Positions 23,056-35,364 are shown, counted from the whole stretch's first letter. The stretch: 63,749 nt of DNA, filler included, from Octopus bimaculoides (GCF_001194135.2; 6 parts of 6 records of this genome joined end to end with filler, not necessarily neighbours in it); one strand, 5' to 3'. Notes: generated by a model not told the origin, from the letters alone. Numbers and translations are program-made.

Positions 23056-25133
23056 TTATAAGAGATAAATGGTATATTAGCGTATGTGGAGATATGTTTG
23101 CATATTTGAACGAAAATTAGAAATTTTATATTTCTAAACATTTATGTAAAATGATTACCGCTCAATAAAATGTCATGAACTCTCTCCTTACTTGNNNNNN
23201 NNNNNNNNNNNNNNNNNNNNNNNNNNNNNNNNNNNNNNNNNNNNNNNNNNNNNNNNNNNNNNNNNNNNNNNNNNNNNNNNNNNNNNNNNNNNNNNNNNNN
23301 NNNNNNNNNNNNNNNNNNNNNNNNNNNNNNNNNNNNNNNNNNNNNNNNNNNNNNNNNNNNNNNNNNNNNNNNNNNNNNNNNNNNNNNNNNNNNNNNNNNN
23401 NNNNNNNNNNNNNNNNNNNNNNNNNNNNNNNNNNNNNNNNNNNNNNNNNNNNNNNNNNNNNNNNNNNNNNNNNNNNNNNNNNNNNNNNNNNNNNNNNNNN
23501 NNNNNNNNNNNNNNNNNNNNNNNNNNNNNNNNNNNNNNNNNNNNNNNNNNNNNNNNNNNNNNNNNNNNNNNNNNNNNNNNNNNNNNNNNNNNNNNNNNNN
23601 NNNNNNNNNNNNNNNNNNNNNNNNNNNNNNNNNNNNNNNNNNNNNNNNNNNNNNNNNNNNNNNNNNNNNNNNNNNNNNNNNNNNNNNNNNNNNNNNNNNN
23701 NNNNNNNNNNNNNNNNNNNNNNNNNNNNNNNNNNNNNNNNNNNNNNNNNNNNNNNNNNNNNNNNNNNNNNNNNNNNNNNNNNNNNNNNNNNNNNNNNNNN
23801 NNNNNNNNNNNNNNNNNNNNNNNNNNNNNTGTTTATATACATATATGTTTACACACACACACATATATATATATATTGTTCATATATATGAATATATTTA
23901 TATATATATATATATATATATACGTATGTAGTTATATATATGAATATATTATGTGTACGTGCATGTTTTTGTATGCGTGCATACGTACATTCATAAGATA
24001 CTTTAGTGTGTCTGTGTCCGAATACACACACACATGCACACACGCACATATGTAGGTATGTATATATTTATATGTATATACGTATGTATGTGTGTATGCA
24101 TTTTATACTTTAACTTATTTAAAAATGCAATCCTAGTGCAATCTGTTGAACAGGAATGTAATTTTATAATTTTCTGAATCTTTTGCTTGTAAATTTTCAA
24201 ATTTGATTGCAATTTGAAGCTCAAGATAGTTTAAGTGTCACTGAATAGTATTACCCTTCATACGTAATATTTGCTTTTTTATATTCAAACGTATCCGCTT
24301 ACTATTAGCATTTCAATATGTTGTTGTACGAGTGGAGTGTGGTGAAACGAAAACTATTAGAAAATAATGCAAATCATGAACATCGATCTCGATATAAAAT
24401 ATGTGGTAGCTACAAAAATGAATAAAACAGCGTCACACAAAATAAAATACCGTCGCACACACAAATACACAGACACATACACATTAAATAATTGATTTCT
24501 TTTCTGCATGAATTCTGTTCCCAATTATTACCTTAAGTTTGTGTTTGTGCATTCCACCTCCTTTCACAATTCCAGTATATATATATGTATGTATGTATAT
24601 ATTAATGTATATATATGCATGTATATGTATATATATATATATACATACAATATATATATATATANNNNNNNNNNNNNNNNNNNNNNNNNNNNNNNNNNNN
24701 NNNNNNNNNNNNNNNNNNNNNNNNNNNNNNNNNNNNNNNNNNNNNNNNNNNNNNNNNNNNNNNNNNNNNNNNNNNNNNNNNNNNNNNNNNNNNNNNNNNN
24801 NNNNNNNNNNNNNNNNNNNNNNNNNNNNNNNNNNNNNNNNNNNNNNNNNNNNNNNNNNNNNNNNNNNNNNNNNNNNNNNNNNNNNNNNNNNNNNNNNNNN
24901 NNNNNNNNNNNNNNNNNNNNNNNNNNNNNNNNNNNNNNNNNNNNNNNNNNNNNNNNNNNNNNNNNNNNNNNNNNNNNNNNNNNNNNNNNNNNNNNNNNNN
25001 NNNNNNNNNNNNNNNNNNNNNNNNNNNNNNNNNNNNNNNNNNNNNNNNNNNNNNNNNNNNNNNNNNNNNNNNNNNNNNNNNNNNNNNNNNNNNNNNNNNN
25101 NNNNNNNNNNNNNNNNNNNNNNNNNNNNNNNNN

Positions 25134-25169
<36 letters not shown>

Positions 25170-26175
25170 TAAGCACACACCACCATATGCTTACTACCTT
25201 TTACCCAATTCAAAGTTTTAAATTTATCATAAAATCACACTGCTAACGAACAATTTTTTTAGGTAAATCCAGTAAGTATAAGACCTATATCAAAATTATC
25301 GTATAAGTAAAAGATTTTAAATTCAAATTTTGGGAGATAATAGAAATAAATAATAGACTAGAAGTAGATCCTATATCACGGATTGAAATAACTCTAAATA
25401 ACTACCCCTGTACTTGGCAGTTATTAACACCCACTAATTTAAGAAACACCAGCACGTGGATATTACAAAATGACTAACTTATATAACGACAATAATATTT
25501 TATCGAATCATGTACATTCAGCTCCTCTACTATGAATTATCTTTATTTCGAAACTAAAGAGTATTACTGAATGCAGCGTTGTCCAAAATGGTACAAATAT
25601 TTCGAAGTTATCAGGGAAATAAACAAAATCATAAAACCCCATGCAGCTGGCGTTGCTAAAATCTAGCGCCCATAAGACACGAGAAATGTATGTGATATGG
25701 CAAACAAAGAGTCACATAAAATAAATGTATATGTAACATACAATGCCCAAAATTCCATACAGCTCGGTTAAATATATCAGAAAATTCATACGTTAAAAAT
25801 ATATACTATTTAATAAGGGAAATTAGAAAAGAAAACTCAGACAATAAAACTCAATTTAAATGAATTAATGACGTTATACAATCGATCATTTTACAATACA
25901 ACACTGTACGAGCAAACTGATTCAGAGAGGAGCAAAACAAATTTCATGAAAATAAATCACTACTGACTATAAGGCGTAATGTGCTTTCAATTCAGTTTAT
26001 GAGTTTTCTTTCTATGATTAACATTGTCGAAGAGTAAAGCAGCTGGGTAGGATGAAACATATGTAGGCAGGTTATACACGAACGCACACAAACTCTTTCT
26101 TCTACATCTCCTTTTCAAAATTAACAAAAAAAGATTATTATATTATTATCATTATTGAAATTATTGTTATTATTA

Positions 26176-26544
26176 GGCGGCGACCTGGCAGAATCGTTAG
26201 CACGCCGGGCGAAATGCTTAGCGGTATTTCGTCTGGCGTTAAGTTCTGAGTTCAAATTCCACCGAGGTCGACTTTGCCTTTCATCCTTTCGGGGTCGATA
26301 AATTAAGTACCAGTTACGCACTGGGGTCGATGCAATCGACCTAATCCGTTCGTCTGTTCTTGTTTGTTCCCTCTATGTTTAGCCCCTTGTGGGCAATAAC
26401 GAAATTGGTATTTCGTCTGTCGCTACGTTCTGAGTTCAATTTCCGTCGAGGTCGACTTTGAGTTTCATCCATTCGTGGTCTATAAATTAGGTACCATTTG
26501 AGTAATGGGGCCAATTTACTCCACTCTGCCCTTTCTCCAAGAAG

Positions 26545-26545
<1 letters not shown>
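26176..26545 (+). mobile_element. two-unit family A SINE (full unit plus headless second unit from about 26406)
   Basis: A full head-core-tail2 unit is followed immediately by GGTATTTCGTCTGTCGCTACGTTCTGAGTTC..GAGGTCGACTTTG. Confidence 0.88.
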
Positions 26546-26585
<40 letters not shown>

Positions 26586-26591
26586 GATTAT

Positions 26592-27350
26592 TATGATTTT
26601 TCATTGGTTGGGTCTGTTCTTATAACTATTATATCCCTGAGTCTTGTCCTGATGTCTCTCTTTTCCTCAGGCATATTCTCTCGTAATACAGGCTTCTCCA
26701 CATTATGTTCCTTGGCTGACCTCGCCTCTACTACAACTTCACATTGTCTATGCATTCGCTGAACTTCACCTACAATATCTTCCACCAGGTTATTACCACC
26801 ACGGAGGCTTTTCCTGAATGTCTGAATCTGGGTTTAATTAAGAAACCTCTATGGCGAATTATTCTTATCTTCATTAGTACATTTTCAGTAATGTGGAATA
26901 TACCCAGCTGTTTCCCAGCTATTTATTTGCCATTGTTCTTGCCTACTAAGATTTGGACATAAGACTCAATTACCATATCAACAGACCACTGATGTTTGCG
27001 AGCACGTGGCATATTTTGACCACTAACAAATCTATGACAGGATGGAATCTGGTCTTCTACTCAACTCCACGTTGAGTGGCTCCTGTCGGGCGAGGGAGAT
27101 CTGGTGTCTTGGACATCGAGTTGAGACTTGCAGTTGATTCCATTATTGGGTTTCAAATTATGCTCATCATTGCAAAAAATGAGAATGATTTGTACAATAT
27201 CTACTCTCCAGGTGTATTTGTTTGAGATTTCCACGTAAAAGGTTATCCCAAATACAACACCAGCTCTACCATAATTACTGACCAAGGCTTTGCGACACCG
27301 AGTTCGCCCTCTGAAACTTGCTGCAGGCCTCCCACTGACGCAGAGGTTAT
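26592..27350 (-). mobile_element. 5'/N-terminal fragment of an R4/Dong-like non-LTR retrotransposon
   Basis: Minus-strand MPRARKHQWSVDMVIESY (from 27012) and KQLGIFHITENVLMKIRIIRHRGFL resemble the R4/Dong N-terminal motifs RRKW....N...M.CY and TEQRL.DQ.R.I...GWL; the fragment abuts (TAA)n. Confidence 0.55.
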
Positions 27351-28865
27351 ACGGGACTATATAGGAAAGGGATGTTTGTCCATCCGTATTTCATATGTAT
27401 GAATATAAACACAAATACACACACACACGCACACACACACACAAATGAATTTGAAAATTTCAAATATAAAATACAGTGCCAAGGACTTTCTATTCATTAT
27501 TATCCTTTATATACATTCATTAAATGATATACATAACCGAAGGAGCTAGTAATAGCTTCGTGGTAATATCATACTTGAGGAAGCATATTTATTAAATACT
27601 TTAATCTTTCAGGTTCTGTCCGTACGTTATACAATTATTCTTTAAAAAAAACACGGGCGCTGCAGACTAACAAAACAAGAAAAAAATGTACATAAAACGT
27701 GAAGAAGTTTGGTGCATATACTTGGCAATCTAGTTAATAGTAGCTATAATATTGTGAACCAAATTGCTTATTCTGAGTTCTAAAAGACGAGCCAAAATTC
27801 ACATAACGTTTCAAGCCTCATTAGCATACAGTCTCCACAGAAAATTAGTACAAATCTATTGTTTTCCATAGTTAAGATATCCACGAATGAAAGTTCAGTG
27901 AGTAAAAGTACTTCCAATCCTGACATGGCCTCCTAATTTATGTAATTTGACTTACCATTTCATTAGAGATGGGAGGTAATCATTAATAACATTACAGCTC
28001 ACTGACACAACATATATATTACACATTTTACATTGAGATTGATGAATAATTCATATACATTGTGAATAACATAACAAATGTCTTTCAACAGTTTAGCTGG
28101 AAGTTGAATTTCTCAAATACATCTGCACACTATATCAACTACGGCTACTCTTGGAATTTTTGAATATATTAAAATTCATTGTGTTTAAACAGTAGCGAAT
28201 TGTGTTTCACTTTCGCGCTAGAAGCTTGAGTAGAACGTCAGAATTTGGAAAGAAGCGCACTTCAATTTATTTAGTGAATCCAAATTTAACAGGGGAGTGT
28301 TACTGCTTAGGTGTCGGAGTTGAGATATAAGCAAACTAGAATTGTTTAGACTTATTAAGGTGAGTGGGTGGTGATATATTTTCACTTCCGCATCAAGCTG
28401 ACATTAATTTATGCATAAATAACAACGAAGGAACGATTTCTCAATGAATTCTTTCTCCTAATAACATATATGCTCGCATAAGAGATTTCTACGATTTTAA
28501 ACAAGTAAGTTAACCATAAACAGCATCTATTAACCATAACACTCGCACACATAGACGTTCAAACAGACGGAGCACAACACATACATACCCACATATACAA
28601 GTACATATATATATAATTGTACATACTATCGGTATGCATATCTATGTGTGCGTATGTGCATGTGCGTGAGTTAATGCTGTTTATTTAGTATATATTCATA
28701 CATACACGCACGTATTTATACATACATATACGTATACATGCATACATACATACATACATTCATACAAGCAAGTTTGGGTAACATGCCTGAAACACCGAAG
28801 TCATTGTCAAAATTATTGTGTAAGAATAACAAATCTGTCCTCTACAAAGAGTATACACACACACA

Positions 28866-28930
<65 letters not shown>

Positions 28931-29030
28931 NNNNNNNNNNNNNNNNNNNNNNNNNNNNNNNNNNNNNNNNNNNNTTAATTAATTAANNNNNNNNNNNNNN
29001 NNNNNNNNNNNNNNNNNNNNNNNNNNNNNN

Positions 29031-29073
<43 letters not shown>

Positions 29074-29994
29074 AGAAAGAATTAATTCAGGAAAAAGATA
29101 CTGGAATTAAATTAGTGCCTGGATATCTCCTTGTTTCAGTTGAGGCTTAGGAAAAATCTGGAATAAATTTCCAAACAATGGTTATTTTCTGCTAAAACAG
29201 GATTTCTCGTAGACATTGCTGGCGCCACATACATACCAATTATCTCACTTCTCTCATTCAACCCTTTCTGTCACTCATTCACCCCTCCCCTTCTCTGTTT
29301 ATGCATGTGTGCACACACACATATATATGTGTATGCATATATTTATTATGTATATACACACACACACTCANNNNNNNNNNTATATATATATATATATATA
29401 TACGTATTGTGTGCATAGAGATATATATGTATACACATAGACGCAATACGTATTTTCAATTTCATTGCATTCGCTGCATTAGAGAGGCATACATTGGTAT
29501 GCATGTCCATACGTCTTTATCCAGTGTGCATATGCACACATTTATACGCATGGCAGACACACACAGTGGAATACACTCACACATACGTACATATATATAT
29601 GCATGTGTTCCAGTTGACATCATTATGCTGACGCTGTGATATCGGATGTTTCTCTGTCTATTTATCAGCTTTACCAATGATGTTGGACGCGATTCTGTTG
29701 CTTCGCAACACGATACTAACATATGTCTCCTGCGGACAGCGTAAAATGCTTTGATGGACTTACAGATACAACCTAATCAATATACTTGGCAGTGAGCATA
29801 TCTTCAGAACGGAATGTAAACCTTGTGCGGAGCATTGCAATGTAACAATTGTATTTTCTCCCAAATTGATTTTAAACTATCTGTGAAACATTGTTACATT
29901 CAGAAAGGAAGCAATTCCAGATGTACCGTTTATTTGTTTCTTTCTTCCACCTTTTCTTTCTTTTGCTAAGTTGTTCTATACTTCTAAACTTGTG

Positions 29995-30058
29995 TTCTTC
30001 TTCTTCTTCTTCTTCTTCTTCTTCTTCTTCTTCTTCTTCTTCTTCTTCTTCTTCTTCT

Positions 30059-30120
<62 letters not shown>

Positions 30121-30125
30121 TTCTT

Positions 30126-30153
<28 letters not shown>
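29995..30153. repeat. (TTC)n microsatellite, about 53 units with two CTC interruptions
   Basis: Directly visible; it is the source of the poly-S/F/R ORFs in the track. Confidence 0.97.
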
Positions 30154-30156
<3 letters not shown>

Positions 30157-30187
30157 TGATGATGATGATGATAATAATAATAATAAT

Positions 30188-30290
30188 CGTTTCAAATTTT
30201 GTCACAAGGGCAGCAATTTTAGCAGAGGGGATGAGTCGATTACATTGACCTTAGTGTTCAGCTAGAATGAAAGGTAAAGTCGAGCTCCAA
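30188..30290 (-). mobile_element. family A SINE fragment
   Basis: TTTCAAATTTTGTCACAAGG..GAGTCGATTACATTGACC..GAATGAAAGGTAAAGTCGA. Confidence 0.75.
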
Positions 30291-30299
30291 CAACAACAA

Positions 30300-31135
30300 T
30301 AAAGAAAGCATATATTCTGTCAGTTAATACGGATGTGAGGATCTTGTAGGTGGTGTTGAGACATGTTATTGGTTGGTAGTTCTTTGAATTTTTTGGTATG
30401 TTCAGGTTTTGGTAGAAGGTATGTTGTTCCTACAGCCAGACAGGTATTTACTCTGGATTCTGGATGGCATCAATCACAGGTGCAGCCATATTTTGGTGTA
30501 CTTCTGTCAGACAATTTAACTGGAAGTTAAGAATTCGGTCCAGTCCTGGTGTTTTCCATTTGTGAGACTTCCTAAGAATACATCTTAGCTCATCTATTCC
30601 TATCGCCTCCCTTTTCTGCTCTTAAACTTCACCCAGTCTCACATTCTTACGTTCGATCCAATCAGCTTTGGCATTATATTCTTTTTTGTTGCTCCGTATC
30701 TCCTTCCATGACTCTTCCATTTCCACAGTCTTAGGTGGTTCCATTACTTCTATCTTATTTTTGCCAATTCCCTTATAAAATATGTTTGCATCCGTCTCGA
30801 ATATATTGTTTTGTCGATAAAATTTGATTCTTTTGTATTCTTTGTTTTGTATTCCGTTGTATTCCTTGTTTCACTATTTCCTTGGTTGCAGGGATGTTTA
30901 TAAAATCTTTGATTTTATATTTTTGCCTGATTTTTCTACCTCGTTTCGTCTTAACATTTACTCCTCAACCAAGTTCATCGAAAACTGGCACATCTGCCCG
31001 CAGAGATTCGATCTCTTTTTGCATTGTTACTTACCACTTAGGAGGTCTATTTACATGGTTGGTCCTTTCCTGTGTCGTCCTGATACCTAGTTGAGCAGTT
31101 ACAACTTTAGCAGTAGAATACATTTCCTGAACATG
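30300..31135 (-). mobile_element. R4/Dong-like non-LTR retrotransposon fragment (pre-RT region and first RT motifs)
   Basis: Minus strand with stops and frameshifts: YSTAKVVT..PPKW..MQKEIESLRAD; IKFYRQNNIFETDANIFYKGIGKNKIEVMEPP..YNAKADWI; KSHKWKTPGLDRILNF; GTTYLLPK; KNYQPITCLNTTYKILTSVLTDRIY. Confidence 0.85.
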
Positions 31136-31265
31136 TAGGGGATTTACTTATGCCATCAAAGCAACAATTGGTCTGGTGTATGATGTGATATTATCTACAT
31201 CAAGGAGTGCAAAGCTTAGGGGAGCAAATACATGGTTTTGAAACTAAAGATGGGGCGCCCCCGCT

Positions 31266-31313
31266 TCTATCAATTGTATAGTCTATCAGTTGTATAGTCT
31301 ATCAATTGTATAG
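31266..31313. repeat. 16-bp tandem repeat x3
   Basis: TCTATCA(A/G)TTGTATAG at 31266, 31282 and 31298. Confidence 0.95.
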
Positions 31314-32616
31314 TGTACACAGTAAAAGGTAGTGTTGGTTATATTAATCCCTTGCTCTTCTTATTATTCTGGAACAATAACGGGAGAAGGTGAGTACCAA
31401 AATCACTAGAAAAGAAATGTCTTCAGCAGAGGCATGTATGAATATTCTAACTGGTACTATGCTATTCTGAAGATGCGTTCGTTGTAGCAGCAGGAGAGAA
31501 GGCGAACGAGATGGATGCTGCAGGACAGGATACCATGCGATAACACGTGTAACAATAATAGTCACATAAGTGTTTCAGGATTTGAGATCCTTCTCTGTAA
31601 GAAAGGAAAAGAGAGCAGTTGTTAGTCACATGGTAAAGTTAATACAGGGATCTTTGGTCATCTCTTCGATAGAATCTGCCATCTGCGTTTGCTATTGTGT
31701 TTGCATCAATGCATATTTTCTGTAAAACGACATGCCTCTTTGTTAAGAAATAATAATGTTCGATACGGGTTAATGTTGGAGCGGGAAGGAAGAGAAGATT
31801 TTGAGAGAGAAAACCAGAGAAAAGACTTGTTGCCTCTATCTGTCCCTTTGTTAATTACAATTTGGGAGGCGTGGCAACAGTAACTGGCCCCGTCTTCGAG
31901 TCTTTAAGCAACACAACAACAACAAACATGATGATGCCGACAATATCAATGTAATGTTACTCAGTTATCATTAATGAGCAATAGTGAGCAGTGGTGAGAG
32001 TTACAACATGTTACAACAGCAATAACAACACCACCACAAACACCGAATCCATCCTCACCAGCAACACCAAAAATATTCTTTCTTACACTTTTCTACCAGC
32101 ACCAGCAAAACCAACAGATACCTTTTCTATTGGAATAGAACTTGAGAGGGATGTAGAACGGTATCGATATTGTCATACTGGCAAGGGAATGTGGTAGGGT
32201 CGAATTCCTCTCGGCGGTACATGCGCCAGGCAGGAGTGAGAATTTGGTCACGATTTCTGCGTAAATGTGGAGGTGCACATGAAAGGTTTTGCATGTGTTG
32301 AACGTAACCGATTTCATTATGTCAAGTTATATATGAGTTTCCGAGACCAGCATGACGCATAGAAGGCTTTAATCTCTACAAATAGCCGTGATTTATACAG
32401 CTTGCCACAAAGCATTGGATTGTAAAGGCTAAAATAGTATAACATGGTTATCAACAGCTAATTGTTATTAGTTCATTGGGAGGTGTATCTCTAGTGGTAA
32501 CAATAAGACAGATCGGTTTCCCTAAAGATTTGATATTGCAGGGTTTTAGACTATGTGTAGTCGCTCAAGGGTGTGGGGTCAAAGTAGACAATATACTCAC
32601 GCGTACGTGAAAGACC

Positions 32617-33032
32617 TACTTTTTCTGTCTAGGGCTTATATACCCCATTATTAGACTATTTTCCTTAGTCATTGCGCGCCGATCGCTATGAGCTTGAAGT
32701 TTATAAAATACTATTATTATTATTTACACAATTGTAAAACTCGACCCTGCTTAACATAACACCATTCGCAGTGAAAGCACGTGAAAGTTTATTTACAAAA
32801 ACAACTACGAACTAATATAGTTCTTAAATTTGACAGGAAAAAGTAGGTTAGTTCGCTGATGTAATCGGTAACACACTTACTCGCGTAAACAATGTGATGT
32901 GGGATCAAGTCTCACGCTTACGGGAAAACTTACTTTTTCTGTCGAGGGCTCCTATACCCCATTATTAGACTATTTTCCTTAGTCCTTGCGCGTTGATAGC
33001 TACAAGCGTATAAAATACTATTATTATTATTT
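32617..33032 (+). repeat. direct duplication of about 105 bp, 314-bp period
   Basis: TACTTTTTCTGTC.AGGGCT..TATACCCCATTATTAGACTATTTTCCTTAGTC.TTGCGCG..TATAAAATACTATTATTATTATTTA at 32617-32725 and 32931-33032. Confidence 0.9.
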
Positions 33033-33035
33033 ATA

Positions 33036-33095
<60 letters not shown>

Positions 33096-33099
<4 letters not shown>

Positions 33100-33880
33100 C
33101 GCGACTCCAGGTCATCAGCGTCACTCGGGCTTATCACAGATTTCGTATTAGACACATGCCTGCTCGAAGAATTTTACATTTTCCACTTTATTTCTTGCTA
33201 CAGATGGCTTATTTTAAAAATCTAGCACTACGTTTTTCATCATTTCTAAGTTAAGGGTAAAAATAAAGCAACCCTGCAAAACACAACTGATCTTTACACA
33301 CAGACGCACAGAAAAACAGTAATCAAATAATGACAGCGGAGTGCACAACAAACATCAGCAGTCTGACTGTCGCCTGTACGCGTGACAAGAGAAGCCAGAT
33401 AGTTTTTACACCTACCAGGCTTCTTCGTATTAGCCAGAGTTGCTGGATAATGTTTCGTTCCTTTAAGAATACTGTAGAACAGAAACTTTTCATTGATTGG
33501 AATTTAAATCCTAATCTCTATAGAAATTTATCGTTTGAAGAAAACATTGAATTTGAATTACTTTTAATTTTTACTATTATAGATAACAACTTGGGTTGTA
33601 ACTTCTGAGCCCGAGTGAGGCGCGCGTAAACAATGTCGAGAAAACATATGCCACGAATGATATTTTTTGATACAGGACAACGCTAAGACGACCGCTAGAC
33701 GCTGATCGAAAATACACGGACTTCAACCAGGCTCAATAAAAGGAGCCTGAGTTATTGGCTACAATTACATACTTGAAGTCAGTGTTGGCAGAAATTAAAT
33801 TAGCCTGAAAATACATGTTCACTTTGCTAAATCTATACTCGGAATAAGCCCGAACAACCCGAGTGCCGGAGTCGCCACTG
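33096..33880. mobile_element. 785-bp non-autonomous DNA transposon (hAT-like MITE)
   Basis: Imperfect TIRs: CAGACGCGACTCC (33096) and GGAGTCGCCACTG (ends 33880). Repeated ACTCGG/CCGAGT motifs at 33123, 33610, 33837 and 33858. No coding capacity; both flanks are microsatellites. Confidence 0.65.
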
Positions 33881-33927
<47 letters not shown>

Positions 33928-34498
33928 NNNNNNNNNNGTGTGTGTGTGCATCTGTGTCTGTGCAAGTAGTTGTGAATATGTAAGTAAATGTGTATATGTG
34001 CGCGTGTGTATGTGTGTATATTTAGTACATTTTTTTCCATCACTAACATCTCTCCGTACGATCTCGAAGTGTGAAATAAGTTGCCATGGAAACCGAATTA
34101 AGGTCATTTAATAGAATTATTTGAATAAGATTTATGGTCGCTATCCACCTAACGATTGATTACTTGATTTACCGGTTTGAAAGTTAAAGCAAATTATTAC
34201 AAGCTAGTTCTGGCTCTACTCACTTATTCAGAGCTAGGTTCTCAACGCTGATCACCATTTTTCATTTTCACACTTATATTTTCTGAAAGCTGACAATAAT
34301 TCATAAAACCTATATTTAATATACGGTCACTTTCAATAATAAAGGCACTTGATAAGGTGTAATTTAATTACGAAGAAGAGATTCAAATATACTTTCTTTC
34401 TGATTAATTTAAAATATTTGCAGGCGTTTGTTATCAAGGATTGTTTGCAAATAATCGAATTTTCTTTTATTTACGTAATTCTGTACAATCTAGTGTAT

Positions 34499-34725
34499 CG
34501 TGCGTGCATGAGCGATTCTGACAATGTCTGCTATATTTATGGTGAACAGGTTTTATCAACAACTGATTGAACATTGCAGAGCGAATTAAGGAGATTAATT
34601 ATGCTTATTTCAGGTGCTCTGTTGGTGATTATTACAAAGAGTGAGTATCACCTGTATGTTTTCTAATCTGCACAAACTACCTTACAAGGTGTCTTCAATG
34701 GAAAACGCGTCTTACTCAATAGAAG
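34499..34725 (+). mobile_element. Chapaev3 (CMC superfamily) transposase N-terminal remnant
   Basis: RACMSDSDNVCYIYGE / AERIKEINYAYFRCSVGDYYKE*VSPVCFLICTNYL / FNGKR resembles Chapaev3 C.N.PD.FCY.CG...K..Y.AYFG..VGDQDK.WAPH..C..C...L..W..GKR. Confidence 0.7.
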
Positions 34726-34877
34726 CTATGGATCACGGCACAGGTTTTGTTCGCAAATGCAGGGCACATATACACACCCACACATACAAACAGATATAAA
34801 ACACATACATGTACTCACTCCCAACTATTATTTTTACCGCTACCACAATTCAGTTCATATTTTTCTGATAAAGATTT

Positions 34878-35026
34878 CAGTAATTATTTACATTATTTAC
34901 ATTATTTATATTTGACTGATATTTGTCCTCATCGGAAGTCTTGGGGAAATTTCGAACCTGGGTTCTCATTCTCAAGGTATTTTTCGATGTTACTATTAGT
35001 ATTATTGTTGTTGTTGTTGTGTGTTG

Positions 35027-35090
<64 letters not shown>
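34878..35090 (-). mobile_element. tRNA-derived SINE, family D, headless and internally deleted
   Basis: The minus strand reads (AAT/AAC)n-ACATCGAAAAATACCTTGAGAATGAGAACCCAGGTTCGAAATTTCCCCAAGAC..GATGAGGACAAATATC..(AATAATGTA)n. Confidence 0.8.
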
Positions 35091-35094
<4 letters not shown>

Positions 35095-35113
35095 CACTAC
35101 GCCATATGCCCAC

Positions 35114-35190
35114 GGGTATATAGTGTAGTGGTTAAGAGCGCGGGCTACTAACCCTAAGATTCCGAGTTCGATTCAAGGCAGTGACCTGAA

Positions 35191-35228
<38 letters not shown>

Positions 35229-35364
35229 ATAATAATAATAATAATAACAACACCAACAACATCGAAAAATACCCTGGGAATGAGAACCCAGGTTCGAAAT
35301 TTCCCCAAGACACCTGATGAAGGTACATAATGTGCATAATTCCTCATCTTTTAAATATAGAACT
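35114..35364 (+). mobile_element. tRNA-derived SINE, family D, with head
   Basis: tRNA-like head GGGTATATAGTGTAGTGGTTAAGAGCGCGGGCTACTAACCCTAAGATTCCGAGTTCGATTC, internal (TAC)n(TAA)n, and a body matching the inverted copy at 34.9 kb. Confidence 0.85.

Noticed and set aside
28407-28420. 14-bp palindrome ATTTATGCATAAAT (POU-like)
   Set aside because: It is almost all A/T, so it is expected by chance in this genome.
29669-29740. 72-nt open segment after a good acceptor (FTNDVGRDS.., superficially Ig-like)
   Set aside because: The donor (AGC|GTAAAA) is poor and the sequence after NDVGRDS does not fit an Ig G-strand.
35114-35185. tRNA-like cloverleaf with CTACTAA anticodon loop
   Set aside because: There is no complementary acceptor stem, the ACT anticodon is atypical, and it continues into a SINE body; it is a SINE head, not a tRNA gene.
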